48,007 nt of DNA, taken from a virus. Lineage: Duplodnaviria > Caudoviricetes. The DNA lies in the IMG/VR virus record IMGVR_UViG_3300035148_000579, positions 1 through 48,007 of that record; one strand, written 5' to 3'. Under the pieces are notes generated by a model. That model had not been told where the DNA came from. It worked only from the letters and a program-made list of their open reading frames with translations, and did not search any database. The position numbers and the translations under genes were made by a program. Positions 18,910-29,518 of the stretch are shown here, one piece after another. Each line of letters opens with the position of its first letter. Positions within the stretch are counted from its first letter, which is position 1.

Positions 18910-20786
18910 CCCAAGAATTCTTCATCGACAAGGTCTATGACAAGGTCTCTGGAGAGCTCGACCGACTCAATGGCGAAACCGACGAGTACAAGCTGCTGTT
19001 CGAGCAGACCATGGCGGCGCTGGCTGCCGCCGGTCTGCCGACGCTCTCCCCGCTTCCCGTCTTTCCCGATCCGCCCGTAGTCCCGTCCGTCGGCGGGATC
19101 ACCGCCACCAAGCCGTCTGCGCCTGTTCCGTCCAACATCGGCATCAACATGCCGGCGGAACCGGGCGACATCGACCTGACGAGCGAGCTCGACGCGATCA
19201 TTGCGCAGATCCCGGTGTTCGTGCCGAGCGTCACCGGGCTGGAGATCCCGAACGCTCCTGCGCCGATCAACACCTCGGGTGCGCCGAGCCGGCCGGAAGT
19301 CAACACGAATCCGCTTCTGCCGGCCGAGCCGGACCTGACGCTGCCCAGCCTGGACCCGCTGGTGCCGATCACGGTGCCTGAGTTCGTGTTTCCGGAACTC
19401 CCGACGTTCACAGAGGTGCTGCCCACGCTCGACGCCACCGCCCCCGCGTCGGTGCTTGCGTGGTCCGAGCCGCCGTATGAGAGCGAGCAGTTCAACACGG
19501 TCTGGGCGAAAGTGCAGACGATGCTGAGCGGGCAGTCCGGGCTTCCGGCCGCCGTCGAGAAGGCGCTGTTCGACCGCGCCCGCAGCCGCGACGACGAAGC
19601 CGCGCTCAAGGCGACGCAAGAAGCCTTCGAAGTGTTCGCGGGCAAGGGCTACAGCATGCCGCCCGGGATGCTGGCGAAGCAGGTGAACTTCGTGCAGGAG
19701 GAGAACCAGCTCAAGGCCAACGCCACGTCGCGCGAGATCTACATCAAGGCCAACGACGTCCTGATCCAGCAACTGAACGTTGCGGTGGAGAAGGGCCTGG
19801 CGCTGGAGCAGCTGAACTTCAACCTGTTCACGAACACACTGAATCGGCAGCTGGAGATCGAGAAGACGCGGCTCGAACAGTCCATCTCCATCTACAACGC
19901 CGAGGTGCAGGCGTTCAACATCCGCTCGCAGGCGTACGCCAGCGCAGCGACGGTGTTCAAGATCAAGATCGACGCTGCGCTGACGAAGCTGGAAGAGTTC
20001 CGTGCGCGCATCGAAGCGCAGAAGGCTTTCGGGCAGCTCAACCAACAATTGGTGGAAACCTACCAAGCACGACTGCAAGCCGTGGACACCAAGGTGAAAG
20101 CGTACGCCACCACGATGGAGGCTGCGAAGGTGCAGACCGACATCGCGAAGGCGCAGATTGAACTCTACAAGGGGGACATCGAAGCCTATGCCACTCGTAT
20201 CGAAGCTGACAAGACGCGGTTCCAGGCGTACGAAAGTCAGATCAAGGGAGAGGCGAGCAAGGCCGGAATCCTCGAAGCTGAAGCGCGGGCATACGCTTCC
20301 CGCGTACAGGCCATCGAGACTGGTGGCAACCTGAGCATCAGCAAGGTGCGCGCGAAGATCGACAACGCGCAGCAGCAGACGCAGCGGTACATCGCCAAGG
20401 TGCAGGCCGAGCGCGAGCGTGTCGGTGCGCAGGCGGATCAGTTCCGCAGTCTCGTGGCGCTGTACAGCGCAAGCGTGCAGGGCTACTCGACCGAGCTGTC
20501 GAACAACGTGGCGTTGAAAGAGCTCGACATCAAGAACGTCGAGAGCAACCTGCGCAACGCCATCTCGCGCTACGAGGTCGAACTGAAGAAGTACGACGGC
20601 GAGAGCAACCGGATCATCAAGCTCGCCGAACTGAATCTGGAAAGTCTCCGGACGATGTCCCAGTACGCAGCGCAACTTGCCGCAGGCGCGATGAGCGCAC
20701 GCAACCTCGGCATGAGCGTGACCGGCTCGGGTTCGGGCTCGGACAGCACGAACGTCTCCACCAGCTACAACTACAACTACTCGTGA
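18906..20786 (+). CDS. Pro-rich plus long coiled-coil protein, putative internal virion/ejection protein
   Basis: ATGA coupling; Pro-rich N-terminal third, A/E/Q/K heptad-rich remainder. Confidence 0.6.
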   Translation: MTQEFFIDKVYDKVSGELDRLNGETDEYKLLFEQTMAALAAAGLPTLSPLPVFPDPPVVPSVGGITATKPSAPVPSNIGINMPAEPGDIDLTSELDAIIAQIPVFVPSVTGLEIPNAPAPINTSGAPSRPEVNTNPLLPAEPDLTLPSLDPLVPITVPEFVFPELPTFTEVLPTLDATAPASVLAWSEPPYESEQFNTVWAKVQTMLSGQSGLPAAVEKALFDRARSRDDEAALKATQEAFEVFAGKGYSMPPGMLAKQVNFVQEENQLKANATSREIYIKANDVLIQQLNVAVEKGLALEQLNFNLFTNTLNRQLEIEKTRLEQSISIYNAEVQAFNIRSQAYASAATVFKIKIDAALTKLEEFRARIEAQKAFGQLNQQLVETYQARLQAVDTKVKAYATTMEAAKVQTDIAKAQIELYKGDIEAYATRIEADKTRFQAYESQIKGEASKAGILEAEARAYASRVQAIETGGNLSISKVRAKIDNAQQQTQRYIAKVQAERERVGAQADQFRSLVALYSASVQGYSTELSNNVALKELDIKNVESNLRNAISRYEVELKKYDGESNRIIKLAELNLESLRTMSQYAAQLAAGAMSARNLGMSVTGSGSGSDSTNVSTSYNYNYS

Positions 20787-20793
20787 GGAGTAG

Positions 20794-23427
20794 ATGAAAA
20801 AGATCCAGTCGAACATGTCCCGGGACTTCCAGAAGAAGTCGGCCCTTCGCGCGGCGTTTGCAGACGGCGGTTCCGTAGCCGTCGTCGACGCCGTCAATCA
20901 GATTCGTGCGCGGCAGCGCGCGATGTCCGAAGCGGACCCGGGCGGCACGGTCATGAAGCCCGCGGTGCAGCCCCTCATGTCTCCGACCGCGACTCCGCCG
21001 GTCGTGGCTGCGCCGCAGCCTGTGCCTGTGGCCCCCGCGCCGCAACCGCAGCTGCCGCCGCCCGCACGGGTATTCGGCGTCCCGCTAGGCGGCCCAGTGG
21101 GTACTGGATTGCGCAAGCTGGGCTTCGCCAACGGCGGCATGGCGACGAACACGTACCTGCACCGCACGGACAAGTACAACCAGACCGGTGACCCGGCCGC
21201 TTCGATGGCGGACGGCGGCGAGGTGCGCGGTCCGGGTGGCCCCCGCGAAGACAAGGTTCCGGCGCGCGGTCCTGGCGGCGAGAAGGTGCAGCTGTCCGAC
21301 GGCGAGTACGTGCTGCCCAAGAAGACGGTCGACGCGATGGGCGGGCCCGAGGAGCTGGACGAACTGGTGCGTCAGACGAACGACGGCCGCGAGCCCGGTC
21401 CCGAGTTCAAAGAGGGCGTGGCGCACGCGGCTTCGGGGTGGGGGTTGAAGAAGGCGCTGAGTAACACCGCCGCCGGCGAAGCTACGATGGAGGACTTCGT
21501 TTCTGCTGGCGGCACCTCGCCGCAGCAGGGGCCGTCGCTCGCCGAGCGTACCGGTGCAGGCTTGCGGCGCGCCGTTGACGCGGGCAAGTCCATGGCATCG
21601 GACGCCATGGGCAAGGTACGCGCGACGGCGGGGCAGGCCCCCGAGGTGCTGCGCAACGCCGCTGGCAAGGTCCAGGCTGCAGCCGCGCCGGTAGTACGTG
21701 ACGTCAGCCAGCAAGTGCAGTCTGTGGCGGATAACCTCCAGCTGCGTCGTGCGGGGCTCCCGCAAGTCACGGAAGCCACGATGGCGGACTTCGATGCGGC
21801 GCGTGGTGCGCGCCCACAAGCGCCTGCACTGAATCCGAAGCCGGCCGCTCCGGGACCGCAGTTCTCCAACGTCGCTGCTGGTGACGCCGCCAAGCTGGGC
21901 GACGCAGCCGCCGGCCGTACGAACGTCAGCGCCGGTCGGTTCGGCGGGCGCATGGGCGCAGTGACTGCGGGTGAAGCTCCCGCCGCGACTGCGGCCGTTT
22001 CCCCGTCCGCCCCCGCAGCTTCGCAAGCCAGCAGACTGCGCACGGGCGCGAAGTTCGCGGGCAAAGCGCTGGGTGTCGCGGGCGTAGCCGCCCCGACCAT
22101 CTACGACACGTTCAATCAGGACGCGGATGCCGAAGCGAAGAAGCTCGGAGTCAACATCGACTACAACAACTACGGCATCGGTGACGCCGCCAAGGAGTTC
22201 GGTGTCCGTACTGTCGGCGCGCTACGCAATCTCGGCAGTGCGCTCACTCTGGGCTTCCTGCCGGGTACAGGTGAGGCGAGCAACTCAGCCGCGCCTCCGG
22301 CGCAGCCTCCGGCGACGCCTCCCACCGTCGCTCCGCCTCCGTTCGTGAACGATCCTGGAATCACGCGGATCGGTACGCCCGGTGCGCCCGGGGCGTCGAC
22401 GTTCTACACAAACGACAAGGATCCCCAGGCCGCGCTGCGCCGCACGAACGAGCTGCCGTCCGGCGGCATCGCCATGGGCGGCGGCTACGACCTGAACCTA
22501 GCGAACGAGCGTCGTGCAAAAGCCAACGCGATCATTCAAGACATGATCGACAGCCAGCGCGGTTCGCCCAGCGAGTTCCGTGATACCTCCGCTGCGGCAG
22601 AGACGGACGCCTTCGGCAAGACTGCGGCGCAACGCGATGCGGAGTCCGCAGCGTTCAACGACAGCGTGCGCGGCGGTAACTTCATGCCGGCTGGGCTGCG
22701 TGCGCAGCGCACTGCGGCCATGGGCAACGCTTCCGAAGAGCGCCGCAACGCGGTGACCAACGCCACGGCGCGCGAGCGCACGGCGGTGGAAGCCGGGCTG
22801 CAGCGGCGCGGTCAGGACGTGCAGGCTGCGCTTGGGCTGCGGCGCGACGAGACGGATCGCCGGGGCCAGAACATCGACCTGCAGCGGGCGAACGCCACGA
22901 ACCAGCTGGCTGTGGCGCGGTTCGGGCAGGAAGTCGCCAAGTCCAACGCCGAGGCGGTCGACAAAGACCTCACGACGAAGTTCGGCATCACCGACAAGTC
23001 GACGCCGGAAGAGCGCGCGGCCTTCAACAAGCAGCGCCAGCGCATCATGCTGACGGTCACCGAGAACGGCGTGCCGTGGCAGAACGTTACGGCCGGGCAG
23101 CGCGCGCAGCTGATGAAGCTGGCGGACTACGCTGATCAGGTCGACATGGACAACGCCACGTTCGCCAAGTGGGCGGGGCGTCAGGTGGGTATCGTGGCCC
23201 CGGCGTATCAGTCGGACAATCTCACGAACTACCAGAACACCGGCTTGCGGCACGGCGCGATCACCGACACGGTGACGTCGCCGGTCGGCGAGGGCAACGC
23301 AGACCGCATGCAGTATCGCGGCGTCGGCGGCCGCGGTCCGTTGAGCAACATCTACGGGCCGTACAACCTGCCCGATCTGGAGGGGACGGCGCAACGCAAG
23401 GTGCTGTCGGATCGGGAGCGTAAGTAA
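20794..23427 (+). CDS. 877-aa Ala/Gly-rich putative ejection protein
   Basis: GAGGAG RBS; low-complexity helical/disordered composition; ADGGEVRGPGGPREDKVPA...LSDGEYV motif. Confidence 0.65.
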   Translation: MKKIQSNMSRDFQKKSALRAAFADGGSVAVVDAVNQIRARQRAMSEADPGGTVMKPAVQPLMSPTATPPVVAAPQPVPVAPAPQPQLPPPARVFGVPLGGPVGTGLRKLGFANGGMATNTYLHRTDKYNQTGDPAASMADGGEVRGPGGPREDKVPARGPGGEKVQLSDGEYVLPKKTVDAMGGPEELDELVRQTNDGREPGPEFKEGVAHAASGWGLKKALSNTAAGEATMEDFVSAGGTSPQQGPSLAERTGAGLRRAVDAGKSMASDAMGKVRATAGQAPEVLRNAAGKVQAAAAPVVRDVSQQVQSVADNLQLRRAGLPQVTEATMADFDAARGARPQAPALNPKPAAPGPQFSNVAAGDAAKLGDAAAGRTNVSAGRFGGRMGAVTAGEAPAATAAVSPSAPAASQASRLRTGAKFAGKALGVAGVAAPTIYDTFNQDADAEAKKLGVNIDYNNYGIGDAAKEFGVRTVGALRNLGSALTLGFLPGTGEASNSAAPPAQPPATPPTVAPPPFVNDPGITRIGTPGAPGASTFYTNDKDPQAALRRTNELPSGGIAMGGGYDLNLANERRAKANAIIQDMIDSQRGSPSEFRDTSAAAETDAFGKTAAQRDAESAAFNDSVRGGNFMPAGLRAQRTAAMGNASEERRNAVTNATARERTAVEAGLQRRGQDVQAALGLRRDETDRRGQNIDLQRANATNQLAVARFGQEVAKSNAEAVDKDLTTKFGITDKSTPEERAAFNKQRQRIMLTVTENGVPWQNVTAGQRAQLMKLADYADQVDMDNATFAKWAGRQVGIVAPAYQSDNLTNYQNTGLRHGAITDTVTSPVGEGNADRMQYRGVGGRGPLSNIYGPYNLPDLEGTAQRKVLSDRERK

Positions 23428-26400
23428 TGGCTGGCCTCCGTGGATTCGGGGGCCTCGTCGTACCGGACGAAGAACTCGAAGCGAAGAAGGATCTGTACGC
23501 CCAAGCCCGGGCCGGAACGGAGGGCGCGGGTGGCGAGGTCGGTCGCGGGTTCACGTCAGGGATACTGGGCGGCGTAGGCGCGGGGTACCAGTCCACTGTC
23601 GGTGCGGTGCAGGAGGGGTTGGGCCTCGACCCGAATCCGGCGTACACCGCAGCACGCGGCCTGCGTGAGCGCGCAGCGTCCGCTGCCCCCACGGTCAACA
23701 AGTGGGATCAGGTGCATGGGCTGAGCGACTTCGGCAAGTACGCTGCGGGCGCTGTCGGCCAGGGCTTCGCCACCACGCTACCGGGCGTGGCGACGATGGC
23801 TGCAACCCGCAGCCCGAAGCTGGCGCTGGGGACGATGTTCCCGATGGAGATGGGCGAGGCGGTCGGCGCAGTGCGCGACGGCACGCCGTCGGACGTCAGC
23901 ACGCAGGACATGCTGACCGGCTCCATTGCCAAGGGCGCGGTCAACACCGCACTCGAAACCGTCCCGCTCATGAACATCTTCGGGCGCGGCCCGCTGCGCG
24001 GCGTCATGCGTGGCGCGACGATTCCGCAGCGTGTCGGCGGCCACATGCTGGCGGAGGGCACGACCGAGCTTGCGCAGGAGCGTGTTGGTCAGGTGGCGCA
24101 GGACTACATGCAGCCGGGGAGGGACACCAGCGGCGACGCCGAAGCGTTGCGCGAGGCGTTCCTGCAAGGCGGCCTCGGCGGGGCAGGCTTCGCCGCACCG
24201 AGCGCGGCCGCGCACGCGTTGGCCGACACCGGCGCTGGCGTCAAGGACTTCATCAGCAACAAGTTCCCAGCCAAGGGCATGCCCACGCCGCTTGACGATC
24301 TCGTCGACGGGGCCAAGAACGCAGGTACGAAGCTCAAGGAGAAGTTCCAGGATCTCGGCGAAAGCACGGCCGAGATCATGGACAACCTCAAGAACCCTGA
24401 CCGCGAGGGCAAGAAGTTCAGTCAGTTCACCACCGGCAAGAAGTCTGCGTCGGAGGATGCGGACGATCCGGACGGGTTCCTGGCCAAGCAGCTGGAGGGG
24501 CGGACGCTCCCCAAAGGCATCTCGCTGAAGGATCTGGCCAACGCCATCGACGACTACGCGTCCGGCGGCAAGTTCGCGCGACTGAACGAACGCGACGGAC
24601 GGATGGTGCTGGAGGGGCAGGAGATCCGGAAGGAGGACCGCTTCCTCGAAGGACTGGTGGAGCTGTTCGGCGACCGTCGCAGGGCCAAGACGGTGCTGGA
24701 TCGCTTCACACGCGCTGCGCAGGGGACCGACACGGCGCTGGGTCGAGCGGCGCAGGACGAGAACGATGACGTCCTGAAGAACGAGATCTCGCCCGACGTG
24801 CGCTTCGGCCTGGCCGACGCCGCGCGGGGGCGGCCGTACGTGAACGACCCCAAGGCGAGCAAGCAGGAGATCCTGACCAAGCTGGAACTGCTGCGCGAGC
24901 AAGAGCCCGACGCGATGCACCACACCGTGTCGATGAAGGACTTCTTCGAGGAGGCGGGCCGCGACGTCACGTCCGAGCACGCCAAGATCCTGAAGGCAGC
25001 GGAAGCGGACCTCGCGCAGGTGATCCGGCTCGGCGCGCAGGACCGGAAGTCCGGCTCCCCCAAGGAGTACATGGACCGCCGCGTCGCGCAGTACAAGAAG
25101 CTGAAGCTGCTGGTCGACACGCTGAAGGACGGCACGCCCGAAGAGGCGATGTCCAAGCTGCACGTCATCCGCAGCGAGAGATTCGCGTCGGATGACATCG
25201 CGGCATCCGACACCGAGATGCAGGCGTATGGTGAGAAGGCGGGCAAGAAAGGCGCGAACCTCGTGTTCGCTGGCCCGGAGGGCGACGTCCACCTGAACGC
25301 CCGCCAGATCCTCAACGTCGAGATGAAGAAGCAGCTGAAGCAGGGCTACGGCGGCAAATTCGTCCCGAAGAACGTGCTCATGTATCAAGCGCTGATGGCC
25401 GGCATCGGTAACGTCATCGCGAAGGGCCACGAGCTCAAGACCACGGTCCAGCCGGTGGTGTATCAGAAGGACGCCGAAGGCTACCCGACCAAGGCGATCC
25501 GCCTCGAAAAGAGCATCCCGCCGGAAACCATCGTGGCGAAGAACACCACGTTCGGTGATCTGGTCGCGAGCATGCGCACGTGGGAGAAAAACACTTCGGT
25601 GGGGAACACCACCTCGCCGTTCCGCAGCGAGCTCGAACAGCGGCTGTTGCCGGCGGACACGGAGTCGATGCCCATCAAGTGGCGTGTCGAAACCCTGATT
25701 GAACACGCAGCGCGCGGGTACGAGCAGCGACAGGAAGTGCTCGCCTCGCAGGACGACGTAATGGCGGCACTCGATGCGGCGCAAGGCCGGCTGGCCAACT
25801 CCAAGCTGCCGAAGAACCAGAAGGACCGGTACAACACGCTCATCAACCGCGAGCGGAACCTGTACCTGCGCACATTCGCAGCGATACAGGAAGACGACAC
25901 GCTCCTGAGATTTGGCGGGGATCGCCCCGGACTGGTCGGCGATGAGGATCTCGGCCAGGAGACGATGCGCGGCCAGGATCCACAAGGACCGCGCTTCGCC
26001 GACGAATTCACCGGCGAGACTCTCGGCGCATACACCAACGAGCGCAAGTCGACGACGCTCAACGCTCCGCCGTTCCAGGGTGAGATCACGACGGTCAAGA
26101 AGGACCGGAAGCTGAAGGGCATGAAGTTCCGCCGGCAGCCCCCGGTGGAGAAGCCGGTCGGCCCCGCCGTCGCCAAGAGCTCGTCCGACGTCGTGCCGTC
26201 GGTGGACTTCGTCGAGACGAAGCTCCCGGCGCAGCCACCGACGAAGACAGCAGACGACCAGAAAAGCAAGGTACGGGTCGGGCCAGACGGCAAGACCGAA
26301 GTGAAGGTGCTCGGCCTGCCGCCTAACAAGCAGTCACAGGCCGATCTGGTGCAGCCCAAGGGCAAGGATTACGCCGCAGAAGCAGCAGAAAAGGAAAAAG

Positions 26401-29054
26401 GGCGTCGATTCTCCCGTGCGGACATGCTTGGGGTTGGTGAGCACACACTCACCGACGCTGAGAAGCGCGCGATCCACCAGGAGATCATCCGCACGCGCGG
26501 CACCGAAGGGCTGAACATCGCGTTCTCGACGTTCGAGAACATCGGCGGTTCGGGCTCGTGGTGGAAGGTGCTGATGACCAATCAGCGCTTCCTTGAGATC
26601 GCGTACGACATCAGCTTCTCGGACGCCATGTCGACGGGGCACCACGAAGCGCTCCACGACTTCTTCGGTGTCTTGCGCGATCCGAAGTCCACGCCGGATA
26701 TGAGGGAAGCCGCGGCGGCCATCGAGCGCGCCACGGAGCTCCCGCACATCAAGAAGCAGCTGCAGGAGCTCCTGAAGGGCAAGTCCGCTGCGCTGAAGCA
26801 GATCGAGGAGAGCCCCGAAGAAGCTGCGGCGTACCTCTACCAGTTCTTCCGGGCGGGGCTCATCAAGGACATGGCCCCGGCCGCCCGTACGTGGTTCGAG
26901 CGCATCGCAGCGTTCTTCCGCGGTATCTTCGGCGCGGTGTCGACCGCCGACAAAGCCGAGCGCCTGCTGACGGCGCTGTCCGAGGGCAAGTTCGCCGAGC
27001 GCAGCACGGTCGGTGAAGTGATCACGGGCATGCGGCTGAACACCATCACCGACAAACTACGGCGAGTCTCCGGTCCGCTGTGGAACGTGGGCGACGCCGT
27101 GCTGTCGTCTACGAACGACCGGCTACGCCACACGAACATCCCAGCTCTGCGTGAGCTCGCGGATATGTTCCACATGGACCCCGACCGCGAGCGCGGGAAG
27201 CTGAAGTTCCTGCAGAAACGGGCCATGAACACCGGCAAGTGGAACTCGAAACTCCACGAGATTCTGCGGAATCACAAGCAGGAGGATCTGCGTAAAGCAC
27301 TTGAGGAGCTGCAATCGCACGCGGACACCGGAAACCCGCTTGTGCGCGACATCCGTAAGTACCTCGACGATATGCATACGTACCTCTCGAAGTCAGGGGT
27401 GCAGGTTGCAGAGAAGGTGGATGTCGAGGTCGTGGATCCCGACACCGGCGAGAAGCGGACCGAGGAGGTGACGAAGTACACGCCCATCGGTGAGCGCAAG
27501 GTCAAGAACTACTTCCCGCGCATCTGGGACCGCGAGCTGATCGCGAACAACAAGGAGCAGTTCAAGGAGCTGTTGCGGCAACACGGCAAGATGACGGACG
27601 TGGAAGCGAACCACGTCTACAACTCCATTGTAGAGAACGACGAGCAATTCGAGCTGGCCGAGGGTGTCGCCTTCACTCCGTTCCTGCAAGCCGCCACGAC
27701 TCGGCAACTGACGTTCATCCGCGGCCCTGTGGCGGCGGAGTTCGCGCAGTTTCAGAAGAAGGACATGGTTTCGATCATGTCGACGTACACGTACCAGGCG
27801 GTGCACCGCGCTGAGTACACCCGGTTCTTCGGAAACGAAGGCCACGTGATCAAGACCAAGCTGCATCAGGCGCGGGAACAGGGCGCTACGCCGAAGGACA
27901 TCGCGACTGCCGAGAAAGGCGTCGCGGCTATGCTCGGCACGCTGGGCCACAACATGAGCCCGGGGCTGCGCAAGCTGCAGACCAACATCATGACGTACGA
28001 GAACATCGTACTGCTCCCGTTCGCGTTGATGAACAACTTCATGGACGTGATGGGCGTCGGTGTACGGTCGAACGACATGTCGGAGTCGTGGAACGCCATG
28101 AAGGAAGGCGTGCGCGGCATCGTGCGGGCGGTCCGTAAGCAGGGGCCGGATGCGCAGGAAGAGATGGCGCGCACGCTCGGCTTCATCGACGAGAACGCCG
28201 AGCTCGCTAGCTACGGCCTGTTGTACGACGGGCAGTACATGGGGGGCTTCGCGAAGAAGGTCAGCGACAAGTTCTTCAAGTGGAACGGCATGATGACGTG
28301 GAACACGCGTATGCGCGTGGCTGCGATGAATGCCGGGATGCGGTTCATCAAGCGTCACGCCGACCTGGCGATGGGCAAGAAAGACGAGCAGAGCATCCGC
28401 TTCCTGAAAGACCTGAACCTTACCTACAAGGACGTGCGGCGCGACGCGCACGGCAATCCGATCTTCACGCTGGAGGCGTGGGCAGACAAGCTCGGCAAGC
28501 CTGAAGACGACCCGGCGGTACGCGCAGCGGCGACGAAGATGCAGGAGGCGCTGTTCCGCTTCGTTGACGGCGCAATGATCCGCCCGAACGCGGCGCACCG
28601 CCCGATCTGGGGCTCCGATCCACACTGGATGCTGGTCTTCCACCTGAAGCAGTTCACGTACAGCTTCCAGCAAGTGACGATGAAGTACGTGCGCAAGGAA
28701 ATGGAGAACGGCAACAGCTTCCCGGCCCTGGCGCTGATGGGCTACGTTCCGTTCGCCATGTTCACCGACGTGACGCGCTCGGCGCTCCTCGGCCGCCCAA
28801 TCGACGCATCGGTAGGCGGCCTGCTGAACAGCGCGCTGCGCAACTCCGCTGTCGTAGGCACCGGCACGTTCGGCGTCGACGCGTGGAACGATGCCCAGCG
28901 CGGCTCCATCCCGGGCTCGTCCTTCGCCGGCCCCGCAGCCTCCCACGCGCTACAGGCCATGCAGACGTTCGTCGGCGAGCCGGGCTCCACGTGGGACAAG
29001 CTGCTGATTCGCTCGGTCCCCGCATCGCCGGCCGTGAAAGCGCTCGTGTCGTGA
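23427..29054 (+). CDS. 1875-aa giant putative ejection (polyvalent-type) protein with zincin-like HExxH domain
   Basis: TAATG coupling; Gly-rich hydrophobic N-terminal helices with EGTTELAQE; HHEALHDFF near 26640 followed by EEAAAY and WFERIAAFF. Confidence 0.75.
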   Translation: MAGLRGFGGLVVPDEELEAKKDLYAQARAGTEGAGGEVGRGFTSGILGGVGAGYQSTVGAVQEGLGLDPNPAYTAARGLRERAASAAPTVNKWDQVHGLSDFGKYAAGAVGQGFATTLPGVATMAATRSPKLALGTMFPMEMGEAVGAVRDGTPSDVSTQDMLTGSIAKGAVNTALETVPLMNIFGRGPLRGVMRGATIPQRVGGHMLAEGTTELAQERVGQVAQDYMQPGRDTSGDAEALREAFLQGGLGGAGFAAPSAAAHALADTGAGVKDFISNKFPAKGMPTPLDDLVDGAKNAGTKLKEKFQDLGESTAEIMDNLKNPDREGKKFSQFTTGKKSASEDADDPDGFLAKQLEGRTLPKGISLKDLANAIDDYASGGKFARLNERDGRMVLEGQEIRKEDRFLEGLVELFGDRRRAKTVLDRFTRAAQGTDTALGRAAQDENDDVLKNEISPDVRFGLADAARGRPYVNDPKASKQEILTKLELLREQEPDAMHHTVSMKDFFEEAGRDVTSEHAKILKAAEADLAQVIRLGAQDRKSGSPKEYMDRRVAQYKKLKLLVDTLKDGTPEEAMSKLHVIRSERFASDDIAASDTEMQAYGEKAGKKGANLVFAGPEGDVHLNARQILNVEMKKQLKQGYGGKFVPKNVLMYQALMAGIGNVIAKGHELKTTVQPVVYQKDAEGYPTKAIRLEKSIPPETIVAKNTTFGDLVASMRTWEKNTSVGNTTSPFRSELEQRLLPADTESMPIKWRVETLIEHAARGYEQRQEVLASQDDVMAALDAAQGRLANSKLPKNQKDRYNTLINRERNLYLRTFAAIQEDDTLLRFGGDRPGLVGDEDLGQETMRGQDPQGPRFADEFTGETLGAYTNERKSTTLNAPPFQGEITTVKKDRKLKGMKFRRQPPVEKPVGPAVAKSSSDVVPSVDFVETKLPAQPPTKTADDQKSKVRVGPDGKTEVKVLGLPPNKQSQADLVQPKGKDYAAEAAEKEKGRRFSRADMLGVGEHTLTDAEKRAIHQEIIRTRGTEGLNIAFSTFENIGGSGSWWKVLMTNQRFLEIAYDISFSDAMSTGHHEALHDFFGVLRDPKSTPDMREAAAAIERATELPHIKKQLQELLKGKSAALKQIEESPEEAAAYLYQFFRAGLIKDMAPAARTWFERIAAFFRGIFGAVSTADKAERLLTALSEGKFAERSTVGEVITGMRLNTITDKLRRVSGPLWNVGDAVLSSTNDRLRHTNIPALRELADMFHMDPDRERGKLKFLQKRAMNTGKWNSKLHEILRNHKQEDLRKALEELQSHADTGNPLVRDIRKYLDDMHTYLSKSGVQVAEKVDVEVVDPDTGEKRTEEVTKYTPIGERKVKNYFPRIWDRELIANNKEQFKELLRQHGKMTDVEANHVYNSIVENDEQFELAEGVAFTPFLQAATTRQLTFIRGPVAAEFAQFQKKDMVSIMSTYTYQAVHRAEYTRFFGNEGHVIKTKLHQAREQGATPKDIATAEKGVAAMLGTLGHNMSPGLRKLQTNIMTYENIVLLPFALMNNFMDVMGVGVRSNDMSESWNAMKEGVRGIVRAVRKQGPDAQEEMARTLGFIDENAELASYGLLYDGQYMGGFAKKVSDKFFKWNGMMTWNTRMRVAAMNAGMRFIKRHADLAMGKKDEQSIRFLKDLNLTYKDVRRDAHGNPIFTLEAWADKLGKPEDDPAVRAAATKMQEALFRFVDGAMIRPNAAHRPIWGSDPHWMLVFHLKQFTYSFQQVTMKYVRKEMENGNSFPALALMGYVPFAMFTDVTRSALLGRPIDASVGGLLNSALRNSAVVGTGTFGVDAWNDAQRGSIPGSSFAGPAASHALQAMQTFVGEPGSTWDKLLIRSVPASPAVKALVS

Positions 29055-29473
29055 AGTACACCGTGAAGGAGGTCGACGGAGCGGAGGAAGATGAGACGAT
29101 AAACGCTCTCCACAAGCTCTGCCTCCCGCACGACGAGCTCCCGTCTGTGCACGATGGCTGGTGGTGGCTCGCATATGCGAACGACGTGGCGGTGGGCTAC
29201 GCATGTATGCGCGATGCGAAGAGCGAGGAGAACGCTGCGTTCCTTGCCATAGCGGGCGTAGTGCCCGAGCACCGAGGCAAGGGGCTGCAGCGCAGGCTGA
29301 TAAGAGTGAGGGTGCAGAAAGCCAGACGACTCATGAAGCGCGCTGTCATCTCCTACACGATGGACAATGCGCCCAGCGGCAACAACCTAATCGCCTGTGG
29401 CTTCCGCCTATACGATCCAGACAAGCGCTGGGAAGGCGGGGATGTGACCTACTGGCGGCGGCAATTTACTTAA
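29051..29473 (+). CDS. GNAT family acetyltransferase (start GTG 29051)
   Basis: AGVVPEHRGKGLQRRL acetyl-CoA motif; NAPSGNNLIACGF; GTGA overlap with the giant gene. Confidence 0.85.
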   Translation: MKYTVKEVDGAEEDETINALHKLCLPHDELPSVHDGWWWLAYANDVAVGYACMRDAKSEENAAFLAIAGVVPEHRGKGLQRRLIRVRVQKARRLMKRAVISYTMDNAPSGNNLIACGFRLYDPDKRWEGGDVTYWRRQFT

Positions 29474-29518
29474 GCGGTGGACAGAGTCCGGCGCTCGCAG
29501 TCAAGCCGCACAAAAAAA

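Noticed and set aside
18825-28946. Long minus-strand ORFs (690, 735, 517 aa) opposite the ejection genes
   Set aside because: Expected from strong GC3 codon bias; no motifs; fully antisense to well-supported genes.
29474-29518. Bidirectional terminator at the convergence point
   Set aside because: Only an imperfect gcgg/ccgc stem; the A7 run gives a U-tract before, not after, the stem on the - strand. Not supportable as a classic terminator.
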